Below are positions 8,554 to 18,461 of a DNA stretch of 40,882 nt, piece after piece. The stretch spans positions 1 to 40,882 of the forward strand of contig LRSL01000082.1 in NCBI GenBank assembly GCA_001563335.1, written 5' to 3'. The position numbers and the translations under genes were made by a program. The stretch's first letter is position 1. Each line of letters opens with the position of its first letter. Origin of the DNA: Candidatus Thorarchaeota archaeon SMTZ1-45 (GTDB lineage Archaea; Asgardarchaeota; Thorarchaeia; Thorarchaeales; Thorarchaeaceae). The notes beneath the pieces are model-generated. The model had not been told where the DNA came from. It did not search any database and saw only the letters and a list, made by a program, of their open reading frames with translations.

Positions 8554-10065
8554 TCATTTTGTGATTAAATCCGGAAATGTAGAATTGATGATATTCTTGA
8601 GATATCTCATGCTAGGATATTGATTCGCAATGTTACTGACATCCTTCAATATTTTGTGCATGTCGTCATATCTTCTTTGTTTTTGACGAAGACTCGCTTG
8701 GAGAATCAGAGCTCGCGCTTCGATACCTGGAAGGTCGTTTGTTTTTGCATGCTCGAACAGCCTCTGCATCCAAGGTCCTGATACATCTAATTTACTCATT
8801 GTAGATTCTTCATCCAGTAAGGCGATTTCAATTTCAGTGAGGTTGAGAAGACAGATGTTCTCAATCATTAGATTAGGATCCTCTTGATGAGATTTCAGAA
8901 CTTCTTCGAAACATTGGACAGCGGCAGTCAGGTCATTCTCTTCTTTGTCCAAGATGCCCTCCACCATATGATAGAATACGAACATGGTATTATCTGCTGA
9001 CTTCAGCATCATTTTATGAGCAACTGCAAGTTTTTTCTTTGCCTCATCTTTTCTTCCAAGATTGATTAGAGCCCAAGCAGATTGAATAATTGGGTATGAA
9101 AGTCTTCGATGTTTAAAGTAATCTATGTCAAATCCTGTAGTCATAAATTCTAGGGCTTTTTCTCCCTCACCAATCTGATTATAGTAGAATGCAGAGATAA
9201 ATTTCAGGACGTCAAATTTAACATCTTCATATTCTCGCATTGAAAGGGCTTTAAGGTATTTTTCGAGTCCTCCGTTGGTTTCACCTCGCAATGTCATGAT
9301 ATGACCTAGTTCTCCCAAGACAATTAGATTTGCATCTCTAAATCCTAAGTACTCGCACCTTTCCTTCGTTGAGTAAAGTAGATCAAGTGCAGCCCTGAGA
9401 TTCGTATGTTTCAAACGGTTAGCGATTCGAGTTTGGATTGCAGTTTCTATAACTTGGTCATCGAATGTGCGTGCTGTTTCAAGTGCTTCTTTTAGTACAA
9501 TTAACTCCTCTCTTGTTTTTCGCCCCATTCTATATGTATCAGCTTCGATTAAATACAAATACGATTTGAAGCATTCTAATTCCTTATTTTCATTCACATT
9601 TGAGGTGATAATATCAATTGGTCTGATGTCAACATCAGCCTCTGGATATAGAAACTTAATTTTGATTCTCCAATTCAAGTACAAGTGAGTTGCAAACCAA
9701 TCGTTGGGAGCATCACTAATGGCATAATGAAGCGATGTCCTCATCTCCTCCCAACTTGCACTCTCACCCTTCATAGCCCAAATGGTCAGGATCAAGGGTT
9801 CAGCCAAGTTTGGGACTTTTCGTTCTTTCTCTAACTCATAAATGAGGTTGTAGTTATTAATATTATATAGAAAGAAGATTGCTAGATACTCCAGCAATGG
9901 AGATACTTTTTCAGAGAGCACTCGCTTGGCCAACCTTTCTGCAAAATCACTATAATTCACTGCCTCATCCATGATAGTTTCGAGGATGCCTCGTGTATCT
10001 TCATCAATATGAGAAAAACACATAGTAATGGTTCCTATTGGTTTCACTATCAGTACCACCGGCAA
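8554..10065 (-). CDS. TPR-like alpha-helical repeat protein
   Basis: Repeated helical-hairpin patterns (LGELGHIMTLRGE...YLKAL; AWALINLGRKDEAKKKL); N-terminal KPIGTITMCF motif. Likely start is GTG at 10047. Confidence 0.7.
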   Translation of the reverse strand: MPVVLIVKPIGTITMCFSHIDEDTRGILETIMDEAVNYSDFAERLAKRVLSEKVSPLLEYLAIFFLYNINNYNLIYELEKERKVPNLAEPLILTIWAMKGESASWEEMRTSLHYAISDAPNDWFATHLYLNWRIKIKFLYPEADVDIRPIDIITSNVNENKELECFKSYLYLIEADTYRMGRKTREELIVLKEALETARTFDDQVIETAIQTRIANRLKHTNLRAALDLLYSTKERCEYLGFRDANLIVLGELGHIMTLRGETNGGLEKYLKALSMREYEDVKFDVLKFISAFYYNQIGEGEKALEFMTTGFDIDYFKHRRLSYPIIQSAWALINLGRKDEAKKKLAVAHKMMLKSADNTMFVFYHMVEGILDKEENDLTAAVQCFEEVLKSHQEDPNLMIENICLLNLTEIEIALLDEESTMSKLDVSGPWMQRLFEHAKTNDLPGIEARALILQASLRQKQRRYDDMHKILKDVSNIANQYPSMRYLKNIINSTFPDLITK

Positions 10066-10159
10066 TTGGAGAACGGATTAGATTGGAGGAGTTTGTACAT
10101 CAATGCTATACGATTTATTAATTGTTATTAGAAAAGAAATGGGGTGAGGCGTTCCTGAT

Positions 10160-10678
10160 ATGCTGGAGAAAAACATACTACTCACTGGAAAACCTGGAAC
10201 AGGTAAGACTACAGCAATCAGGATTGTGGTTGACCAACTCAATCCAGTAAGTACAGCGGGTTTTTGGTCCAGAGAAATCAGAGTGGGAGGGCAACGGATT
10301 GGCTTTGCAATCGAAACATTGTCTGGTAAGATCGGAACTTTGGCGCATGTGAATCTGGAACATGGTCCGAAAGTAAGCAAGTATAGGGTTAACATAAATG
10401 ACATAGATTCTATCATTGTGCCTGAGTTGGAAATGGCACGTACATCAGGTCGATTTATCATCATTGATGAAATTGCCAAAATGGAACTGTTCTCAGAGAA
10501 CTTCGAAGTTGAGGTTCGTAAATGCTTAGAAACGAAACGAGTCATTGGTACAATCCAACAAAGAACACATCCCTTTCTCAATGAAATTAGGTCCAGGAGT
10601 GATGTTCAGCTGATTGAACTGACAACAGAAAACCGTAACCTAGTTCCAACACAGGTTCTGAGGATTCTGAAGGTTTAG
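10160..10678 (+). CDS. THEP1/NTPase_1 family nucleoside-triphosphatase
   Basis: NILLTGKPGTGKTT, GFWSREIR, IIIDEIAKMELFS. Confidence 0.9.
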   Translation: MLEKNILLTGKPGTGKTTAIRIVVDQLNPVSTAGFWSREIRVGGQRIGFAIETLSGKIGTLAHVNLEHGPKVSKYRVNINDIDSIIVPELEMARTSGRFIIIDEIAKMELFSENFEVEVRKCLETKRVIGTIQQRTHPFLNEIRSRSDVQLIELTTENRNLVPTQVLRILKV

Positions 10679-10683
10679 AGTAC

Positions 10684-12441
10684 TTACCTTGTCTTGGTTC
10701 TGAAATACAGAACAAGGATTACCAATAGGGACAGAGAACCAAAAATCACAACCACTGCATATAGAAGTGCAGGTACTCTGTCAATTCCCTGAGGTATAAT
10801 CTCCACTGCAATCCAGCCTGTATCGAAGATAAGCTGAACGGATGAATTGTCCTGTGCAACGACCTTGAACCAAACCACAACACCGTGAGAGTACTCGCCA
10901 AGTGCAACTGTGAAAATATTCACAATCTCAGACTGGTTCATATTTTCAGTTTCGAATTCAAAGTCAACAGACTCAGGATCACCAACACCCCATTGAATCT
11001 CTATATCGCTGATATTGTTCAAGTCCCATACATACGCAACGACCGAGAGATTATTACTTGTAGGAGTTGAGTAGGTTTGGATTGCACGCACTTGTGCAAC
11101 TGTTGGTGGATGTGCATCTGGTGTGACTTCAACCTCTATCAAAGAGAATGCACTCTGATTGAAGAAGTCAGTATATGTCATATTATAGAGATAGATACCA
11201 ACTGGAAAACGATCTACATTCAAAACATATTCCTCTCCACGCCAAGTGCCATTATCGTAAGTTTCTCCATTGAGTGTGAGATTGAATGATTTAGGATTGC
11301 TTTCTTGGATTGTCCAATTGATGTCGTAACCTGTGTATCCTTCCTCGTAAGAGAGATCACCAGAGGAAGTAATGATAGGAGCTCGGATATCAGGGTAGAT
11401 TGTTACATTGACTGAATCATTTGTCATTCTGCCAAAATCATCAAAGAGCGTAAGGGTGATTGTATAGTTACCAAGGAAAAGTCCATCAATGTCAATAACA
11501 AGATCTTCTCCCTCAGGATCACTAAAAGTCCAATCAGGTACTTCTATATCTAGGAAAGTGTGAAATTCAGATACATTCCCATACGAAGTATCATTATAGA
11601 GTATGACTGCTTTAACCGTGTAGTTCTTTGGATTACTATCATATGCATGCCATGTAATATCGTACCCTTCATCACCGAACTCATAAGCAATATCATCGGG
11701 AGACGTTATTGTCGGATATGTCAAGTCAGGTACAACTGTGACATTCACATAACTTGAAGAATTTCGACCAAATGTATCATTCACGAACAAAGAATATAGA
11801 TACCAACGAGATGCGTTCAGTCCATCCACATTGATGGTAATATTTCTACCATCCCAAGGTCCAGATACAATGACGCTTTCATTACTGCTAGGTTCATTTG
11901 ATATTCTGGATACATTATAGAAGTCAGGATTTGATTCAGTAATATTCCAGCGTATCTCATGTCCAAAACTCCCAGCCTCATATGTAATATTATTTGGTTG
12001 TGCAATAATTGGTGCAGTTTCATCCAGGATGATTGTAATGATGGTTGTCGCTGATGCATTCTCGCCTTCTTGGTTAAAGACAGTACAGACCATTGTGATT
12101 TCTTTAGGAAGTGTATCAACCAGATTATTTTGATAGAGCCAAGCAAGATATACTGTGATAGCACCACCCTCCCAAAATCCATAGTCTAACCTGACACCTT
12201 CAGCTGTCACACTATAATTCTTGGGATTTGGATCACTTGCATGATAGACAATTGTACGGCCAATGGTTCCATTCTCAAACTGGTAAGTGCTAGGTCCAGA
12301 AATGGTCGGAGCTGCAGGCTCCATAATGGCAATTCTATCATAGGAATGACTGAGATTATTTGTGTTCAAAACGTAAGGTGAAAGAACAAACCATGCCAGC
12401 ATAACTACAATTGCAATGTTGCGGAGTTTCGATGAAACCAT
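10684..12441 (-). CDS. Membrane-anchored surface glycoprotein with four Ig-like repeats
   Basis: Signal peptide; four ~100-aa repeats PxIxxPxxxxYExGxxGxxIxWxxxD/ExNP; many NxS/T sequons; C-terminal TM plus basic tail. Confidence 0.8.
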   Translation of the reverse strand: MVSSKLRNIAIVVMLAWFVLSPYVLNTNNLSHSYDRIAIMEPAAPTISGPSTYQFENGTIGRTIVYHASDPNPKNYSVTAEGVRLDYGFWEGGAITVYLAWLYQNNLVDTLPKEITMVCTVFNQEGENASATTIITIILDETAPIIAQPNNITYEAGSFGHEIRWNITESNPDFYNVSRISNEPSSNESVIVSGPWDGRNITINVDGLNASRWYLYSLFVNDTFGRNSSSYVNVTVVPDLTYPTITSPDDIAYEFGDEGYDITWHAYDSNPKNYTVKAVILYNDTSYGNVSEFHTFLDIEVPDWTFSDPEGEDLVIDIDGLFLGNYTITLTLFDDFGRMTNDSVNVTIYPDIRAPIITSSGDLSYEEGYTGYDINWTIQESNPKSFNLTLNGETYDNGTWRGEEYVLNVDRFPVGIYLYNMTYTDFFNQSAFSLIEVEVTPDAHPPTVAQVRAIQTYSTPTSNNLSVVAYVWDLNNISDIEIQWGVGDPESVDFEFETENMNQSEIVNIFTVALGEYSHGVVVWFKVVAQDNSSVQLIFDTGWIAVEIIPQGIDRVPALLYAVVVIFGSLSLLVILVLYFRTKTR

Positions 12442-12646
12442 CTGACTAACTTCCTAATATTGTCTATATGTGGACTTATTGACCGCTCGAACTTCTTGGT
12501 GTAGTTTTATACCCTTCGGTGATTGACATCCACTACAACAAACATATAGGGTATTTGTATGGCATAGGCTGATAAGACAGGATGTTTGTTCAAATTATGA
12601 AGAACTCTGTCTACAATGGGACTAGCAAGACATAGGGGAAGCAATA

Positions 12647-13561
12647 GTGCCAAAAGCGATTCATTCGATATGGTGGGATGACAATCTCGGCCCTTCGGTT
12701 GGCAGGTCATATCCTGAAACAGACCCTTTGACGAGTGAAGAAGCATTAATCATCTTTATGGGTCATGGAGTGAATCGAGAGGCTGAAGTGGGGTATTCAA
12801 AATTACCTCGCGGATTAACGATTTCCTATATGAAACCTCCAAACTGTATAGCTGTCCTTCTGGATGATGGAGAGAACACTACAACCATTGAGCGGAATCT
12901 CCTTAGACTTGTGAAATATATTGATTTCAATAGTGACAGGTGGGACAATGAGCTTCAACGTGCCTTTGAATTACTCCATGAATTAATTGACGAAACAAGT
13001 GGAGCTGAACTCTTAACGAATCCGGAGGTAAAGAAGCTTGTCGAGGATATGTCAGACAAAAGAGTACCTGCAATCACACCAAGGCATGTGCTACGTGCAT
13101 CAGTTAGATATCCTAAAGCGCAAGACTACTTTGGTAATGATGATGATGAAATCGTCAGAATTTTGAAAGACCTGGAAGATGAAGGGATACTTGAATCGCG
13201 CACCTATGGACGACGTGTTGAATGTAGGCAATGTGGTGAATCAGATTTATCGATAGAGCTACATTGTCCCCACTGTGACTCCAACGATTTACATAAAGTC
13301 TACACACTCTTCTGCCCAAAGTGCAGTGATCAATTTCATGCAATACTAGTTGATGATATTGCGGAGATTACATGCTTAAGCTGTAAACAACCTGTAAAAG
13401 TTAAAGAACTCGCGATTATTGATGTGGAACCACTGTGCAATAAATGTGGCACCGCTTCAAATGATCCCAAGATTGTTTTTCGTTGTGCATCATGTGGAAA
13501 GCACCTGAGAAGCCCAGACCTTTTAGCGGGTACTGGGCTAGCTTATTATCCAAAATGGTGA
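12647..13561 (+). CDS. uDENN/longin-like N-terminal domain fused to TackOD1-like wHTH + multi-CxxC zinc-ribbon domain
   Basis: N-terminal IWWDDNLGP...YP motif; LKDLEDEGILES helix followed by six CxxC motifs. Confidence 0.6.
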   Translation: MPKAIHSIWWDDNLGPSVGRSYPETDPLTSEEALIIFMGHGVNREAEVGYSKLPRGLTISYMKPPNCIAVLLDDGENTTTIERNLLRLVKYIDFNSDRWDNELQRAFELLHELIDETSGAELLTNPEVKKLVEDMSDKRVPAITPRHVLRASVRYPKAQDYFGNDDDEIVRILKDLEDEGILESRTYGRRVECRQCGESDLSIELHCPHCDSNDLHKVYTLFCPKCSDQFHAILVDDIAEITCLSCKQPVKVKELAIIDVEPLCNKCGTASNDPKIVFRCASCGKHLRSPDLLAGTGLAYYPKW

Positions 13562-13616
13562 ACCACAACAGTTTTGTCGAGCATTGAGCTGCGTCACAAA
13601 GGAGTGAGATGACAAA

Positions 13617-14483
13617 ATGTCAGAAACCACAATAAATGTAGGAGTTATCAAGCTTGGTGCTATTGCTTCAGCACCACTTCTTGATCTAATATTTGATGAG
13701 CGTGCAGAACGAGATGATATCAATGTTCGAGCTTTTACAAGCGGTGCAAAGATGGACGAGGAATCGAGTATAGGTCCTGCTGAGTCTTTAATAGCATGGG
13801 CACCTCATCTTGTACTAATAGTAAGTCCAAATGCTGCTCTGCCCGGACCAACCAAGGTGAGAGAGATGTTAGCTGAAGCCAAACTTCCGACAATATCGAT
13901 CTCAGATGGTCCTGCAGAAAAAGCATTCTACAAGAAAGATGATGAAGGAAAGAAGCAACCATATGTCTTAGATGGCCAGGGATTCATTGTGATTCCCGCT
14001 GACTCAATGATAGGAGCAAAGAAAGAATTCCTTGATCCAACGGAGATGTCATTGTTCAATGCTGACGCAATCAAGGTTCTATCAATAACAGGCGTAGTAA
14101 GAGCAATACAGCATGAGTTAGACATTGTTATCGCAGCTATTCAAGCTGGCGAAACTCCCAAGATGCCTCTGGTAAAACTTACAGCTGAAGAGATTGTCAA
14201 GTGTGGATACTTCAAGAATCCGTATGCCAAGGCTAAAGCCATTGCAGCTCTTACTATCTCAGAAGCAGTGGCGGAGGTTACAACTAAGGGGTGCTTCAAG
14301 ACAAAAGAAGCAGAGGATTATATTCCGCTTGTCGCAGCTGGTCATGAGATGATGCGCGCAGCGGCAAAGCTAGCTGATGAAATTCGAGAACTAGAAAAGG
14401 CTGGAGATTCTGTACTCAGGAACCCACATGTTTCAAAAGGTAAAGTAAAGACCAAGACTGCTTTAATGGATAAACCAAAGTAG
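13617..14483 (+). CDS. mtd: F420-dependent methylene-H4MPT dehydrogenase
   Basis: KLGAIA, LDLIFDERAERDDI, SGAKM, SPNAALPGP, DSMIGAKKEFLDPTEM, FNAD, NPYAKAKA, AAGHEMMR. Confidence 0.95.
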   Translation: MSETTINVGVIKLGAIASAPLLDLIFDERAERDDINVRAFTSGAKMDEESSIGPAESLIAWAPHLVLIVSPNAALPGPTKVREMLAEAKLPTISISDGPAEKAFYKKDDEGKKQPYVLDGQGFIVIPADSMIGAKKEFLDPTEMSLFNADAIKVLSITGVVRAIQHELDIVIAAIQAGETPKMPLVKLTAEEIVKCGYFKNPYAKAKAIAALTISEAVAEVTTKGCFKTKEAEDYIPLVAAGHEMMRAAAKLADEIRELEKAGDSVLRNPHVSKGKVKTKTALMDKPK

Positions 14484-14491
14484 TCTCCATG

Positions 14492-16075
14492 CTACTTCTT
14501 CTTCTTCACAGTCTTCTTTACGACCTTTCGAGCATTCTTCAGAATCTTCTCAGCTCGATCAATAGTAAGCCCATCAATCTTCTGGGCTAGTCTCTGAGCG
14601 GATTCGCCAGCTAGTTGTGCGGCGGATTCATATCCCGCCGCATTCAATTTCTTCTCCAAACTTGCACCAATTCCATCAACTCTTCTCAAAGGGAGCATGT
14701 CCTTTAACTCCTCCCCAAGAATAGCATCCATCTCACTATCACTAAGGTCAGTGCTTGCATCTATGATGTCAATCTGGCTTTTGATCGAAGCAAAGTCATC
14801 AGCTCTAACAAACGCGTCGACTGTTTTCTTTACTTGGCGTTCATCAAAATCTAGGTCGAGGTCCTCCATCTCAATTTCTCTCCCAAGTGTTGTGGGCAAA
14901 GGTCCAGTTAAATAGAGAGCTCCAAGAGATAATAGAATAGCAACCTGGCCTCCTATTGTAGGTAACAAACTTGGAGCACTAAAGGTAACACCAAACACAA
15001 CAACATTGAAATCCAACGCCCAAAACAATGTCATGTAGCCTAGAAAGAAGAACCAATATATCGATAGACGGAATCCCTTTGTTTTAACAGATCCTAGTTC
15101 TGGCCATATCAACAACAGACATAGCCCTAACAGGTAACCTTCCACAATTCTCTCTGAAAACAGCAGAAAATCTAGATAACCGAGTTCATATAATGAAGAA
15201 CCAAAGATGGTTAAAAGACCCATAAGGAGAATTACGAAACGAAATGCAGTTTTTCGTCCAAGACGATCTGACATGACACCAGCAAGCAGTATTGAAACAA
15301 CAAAGGGCACCATCTCAAGATAGCCATAAGATGCAGCTTGACGAAGCGATATGAACATAGGATCAGGAAGACCTAGTTCCAGTTTGGTGACAGTGTACCA
15401 AAGCAGATGAGCTCCTAAAATGAGCGTCATTGGTATGAAATATCTGAATGAGCTGCCAGCTATCGTGAGTGATGCACGAGCAACTTTCCATGGTCTGAAA
15501 GAAGCTGATAATAAAATTGCGATTAATGCTATGAAAGCAGGGAGAGTAATAGTATTCAAGACAATTGGAAACAGAAGAAAACCCCTAAGAGATTCGAAGA
15601 TGTTGTACACAATAATTGCTATTGCAAGGAAGATTGATACCGTTCTCCCTCGAAAGCGAAGAACGACACTTTGATTGATACGCACGGACCAAGATATCAG
15701 CATCAAAGTAAGGCAACCAAAAGTACTAGTGGCAAGCAACATTGGGTAGATGTTTCCATATCCAGGTATAATATCCAAGACACTGAGAATTCCAACAAAA
15801 CTTGGGATTAATGCCGCTATATACATCAGAAGGTTATGTTTTCGAACACGATCAACTAGCAAACCTGAGAGAGGTAGAGCAATTGTCGCAGTAAGAGCTC
15901 CATAACCAAGCAGATTGGCATGCTGGAATGGTGTTATAGCAATGTAACTAAACAGAGATCCAGTCAGGAGACCTGTGATTACATATATGGAGAATGCAAA
16001 GGGGAATGCTAACAACACATAGATGACCATAGTCTTAAACGGAAAATCTCGATACTCCAGCAAGTCCAAATCCAC
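14492..16075 (-). CDS. MFS-fold membrane protein fused to C-terminal helix-hairpin-helix domain
   Basis: About 12 TM segments with GLLVDRVRK and GVMSDRLGRK; acidic linker; LRRVDGIGASLEKKLNAAGY...IDGLTIDRAEKIL HhH pair; Lys-rich tail. Confidence 0.75.
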   Translation of the reverse strand: MDLDLLEYRDFPFKTMVIYVLLAFPFAFSIYVITGLLTGSLFSYIAITPFQHANLLGYGALTATIALPLSGLLVDRVRKHNLLMYIAALIPSFVGILSVLDIIPGYGNIYPMLLATSTFGCLTLMLISWSVRINQSVVLRFRGRTVSIFLAIAIIVYNIFESLRGFLLFPIVLNTITLPAFIALIAILLSASFRPWKVARASLTIAGSSFRYFIPMTLILGAHLLWYTVTKLELGLPDPMFISLRQAASYGYLEMVPFVVSILLAGVMSDRLGRKTAFRFVILLMGLLTIFGSSLYELGYLDFLLFSERIVEGYLLGLCLLLIWPELGSVKTKGFRLSIYWFFFLGYMTLFWALDFNVVVFGVTFSAPSLLPTIGGQVAILLSLGALYLTGPLPTTLGREIEMEDLDLDFDERQVKKTVDAFVRADDFASIKSQIDIIDASTDLSDSEMDAILGEELKDMLPLRRVDGIGASLEKKLNAAGYESAAQLAGESAQRLAQKIDGLTIDRAEKILKNARKVVKKTVKKKK

Positions 16076-16190
16076 CTTTCACAGTCTGCGAATCATTAAC
16101 TGGTTATGGATGTTTCGGGCAATATAACAAATTCATCGGCGATATGTTAAAGACGATTGAGAATGTGGACAAAACTAGGAGAGATAATAT

Positions 16191-17099
16191 TTGGTCGATA
16201 AACTCGGCGTTCAGGAATTCATGGTCCTAACGAGTGGAGGTACACCAATCTTTCACTTTTCAAATGTAGACAAGCGAAAACTGGATGAATTATTATCTGG
16301 ATTTCTTAGCGCTATTACTAGCTTTGCGACCGAGTTTGGAGAAAAATCGATTCAACGATTATCATTCGAAGGTTCAGAACTACTTTATGAGCAATTTGGA
16401 ACAGATTATCTCTTCATCTTCTTGGTTGAATCTGGTTCCTCAGAGAAAGTATTGAGAGTTGTCCTGAGAGAGCTAACCAATAGGTTTGTTTTCAGATATC
16501 AGAGCGAGTTGAAAATGGACATCCCAGTTCTTGATGTATTCATGGATTTCGAGAATGATGTTCGGGGAGTATTTTCATACTACGAGGGTATTTTGGTTGT
16601 AATGTCAAGTCTAAGTGCATTTGTAATTCCAGAGATAAAGAAAAACAATCTGGATAATGCGATAAAAACTGGAGGATTTCTTGATGAGTTTCATAGAGAC
16701 CTTGGTAGTTCGGGAAATCGAGTTCTCTCAGCGATAGATGGGATGACTTCAATTTACGATATCAGTAGAAACTTGGGTCTCTCTGAAACTGAAATATCCG
16801 AAATAATCGAATATCTAGCGATTAGAGGGTTACTTAGGGTATCAAAACTCTGTCCACTGCTTCATGAGAAAGACTCTCGCTTCGATGCATACCTTGATCT
16901 GATTGGATTACCAAGTAAAGACTATCAATTACTCGACCGTGCAAAATCCCTTTGCAATGGCGATCGTTCACTTGTAGATGTGAGTGAACGATTAGGTGTC
17001 GTCCCAGAACAACTTTATGAGGTGCTTGAAAAGTTGGGGGATGAAGTGGAATGGAGGCTAGTTGAGGTAACGGGACTAATTGATGAATTAGAGCCTTGA
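16191..17099 (+). CDS. Longin-domain protein with two winged-helix domains
   Basis: FMVLTSGGTPIF...LLSGFLSAITSFATE longin motif; wHTH AIDGMTSIYDISRNLGL...YLAIRGLL and CNGDRSLVDVSERLGV. Confidence 0.75.
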   Translation: MVDKLGVQEFMVLTSGGTPIFHFSNVDKRKLDELLSGFLSAITSFATEFGEKSIQRLSFEGSELLYEQFGTDYLFIFLVESGSSEKVLRVVLRELTNRFVFRYQSELKMDIPVLDVFMDFENDVRGVFSYYEGILVVMSSLSAFVIPEIKKNNLDNAIKTGGFLDEFHRDLGSSGNRVLSAIDGMTSIYDISRNLGLSETEISEIIEYLAIRGLLRVSKLCPLLHEKDSRFDAYLDLIGLPSKDYQLLDRAKSLCNGDRSLVDVSERLGVVPEQLYEVLEKLGDEVEWRLVEVTGLIDELEP

Positions 17100-17183
17100 C
17101 CTGATACCAATTAATTTCTGACAAAGGTATTAAGTGGCTTTGTGTTCCTCCTGATGCTACCGAGTTGAAAGGAGGTCACCTCC

Positions 17184-18461
17184 TTGGTTAAAGAAATCAT
17201 CATACTCCGTGAAGGGGGAATTCTCTTGTTCCACTATAGTGTAAGTGGAACTCGGAGGCTTGATGAGCTAACAGCTGCATTTCTTTCAGCTGTTGATTCT
17301 TTTGCCCAGGAAGTGAGCCAAGATAGAATTACGGTCATGTCTTTTGCAAAAAATAAGCTGGTCTGGGAAAAAAAGGGAGACCTCTACTTTATTGCTCTCG
17401 TATCAGAGGAAGATAGTGGAGAGATTCACAGAGTTATTCTTCAAGACCTTGCAGAGCAATTTGTAAGCATGTTTTATTCAGAACTCAGGAGAGAACTCCC
17501 AGAATCTAAGAAATTCAGACCTTTTGCAGACACAGTTGAAGTGATTTTGCAGAAGTTTGATGGAATTCCAGGTTTAGCACGTCGTTACAAGACGATTCTT
17601 TTGCCCGCACAAGATCTGAACACACTAAAACGTGTTTTATCAGAAGTTGAGGTTAACCGGGACATTCTCAGAGGAGGTATGGTTACATTCGATGGTCATG
17701 TGGCTGTATCAAATCTAAGAGCATATGAATTGGAAGCGGTTCTTGATTTCTTGCCTACAATTAAGAAGAAGGTGGAAATGAGGGACCATTCAAGTATTGA
17801 GAAAGGAACTTCATTTTTATTCATGCAGATTCCAAAAAAAGGAGTTTCTGCTTTTATAGTAAAACTGGGAATGGCAGAGAAGACGTACTTGGATTTGGTA
17901 AATCCTTTCACCTCGCTTCTACAACTTACTAGTTTTGAGAATGCGAGAAAGTTTGAACCAGATAAAATTGAAGGACCAATCTCATTCTATGATTATGATG
18001 CAGTTGAAGCGGCAATCCCGATTGAAGACATTCGACGTGAAACCAAGATGTCTTTATCCTCATTCTCCGAGAGCGTGCAAGTGGGAGCTCTTCGGTTGGT
18101 AAATTCCATTGATAAAACGTCCACGGTTGCTGAAGTAGTCGAAGCAAGCGGGTTAATCAGAGAACAGGCTGATGAAATACTTGCGCAACTGATAGCAAAG
18201 GGTGTTGTTCGAATCTCAAAATTATTTCCAGTGATGGAGGACCGAGATGAGAGATTTGTTGCATACCTCGAGGTCATAGGAATCAAGAAAAGAGACTTTG
18301 ATATTGTTGATTCAATCTGGAAATATTGTAATGGAAGTTTATCACTTCGAGAGATTTCAGAAAGATCGGAGATACCAGCACAAAGAATATTGGAAGTCCT
18401 TCGTACTCTTGGTAATCATGTAGATTGGTTGAAAGAGAGGATGCTTAGTCATGTCAGGTAA
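17184..18461 (+). CDS. Longin + roadblock-like + two winged-helix domain protein (paralog of upstream gene)
   Basis: IIILREGGILLF...LTAAFLSAVDSFAQE longin; central ILRGGMVTFDGHVAVSN roadblock-like; C-terminus aligns with 16191..17099; GGAGGT RBS. Confidence 0.7.
   Translation: MVKEIIILREGGILLFHYSVSGTRRLDELTAAFLSAVDSFAQEVSQDRITVMSFAKNKLVWEKKGDLYFIALVSEEDSGEIHRVILQDLAEQFVSMFYSELRRELPESKKFRPFADTVEVILQKFDGIPGLARRYKTILLPAQDLNTLKRVLSEVEVNRDILRGGMVTFDGHVAVSNLRAYELEAVLDFLPTIKKKVEMRDHSSIEKGTSFLFMQIPKKGVSAFIVKLGMAEKTYLDLVNPFTSLLQLTSFENARKFEPDKIEGPISFYDYDAVEAAIPIEDIRRETKMSLSSFSESVQVGALRLVNSIDKTSTVAEVVEASGLIREQADEILAQLIAKGVVRISKLFPVMEDRDERFVAYLEVIGIKKRDFDIVDSIWKYCNGSLSLREISERSEIPAQRILEVLRTLGNHVDWLKERMLSHVR

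Noticed and set aside
10078-10581. 167-aa antisense ORF and the many other 60-150 aa overlapping ORFs in the track
   Set aside because: Shadow frames of well-supported genes with no motifs
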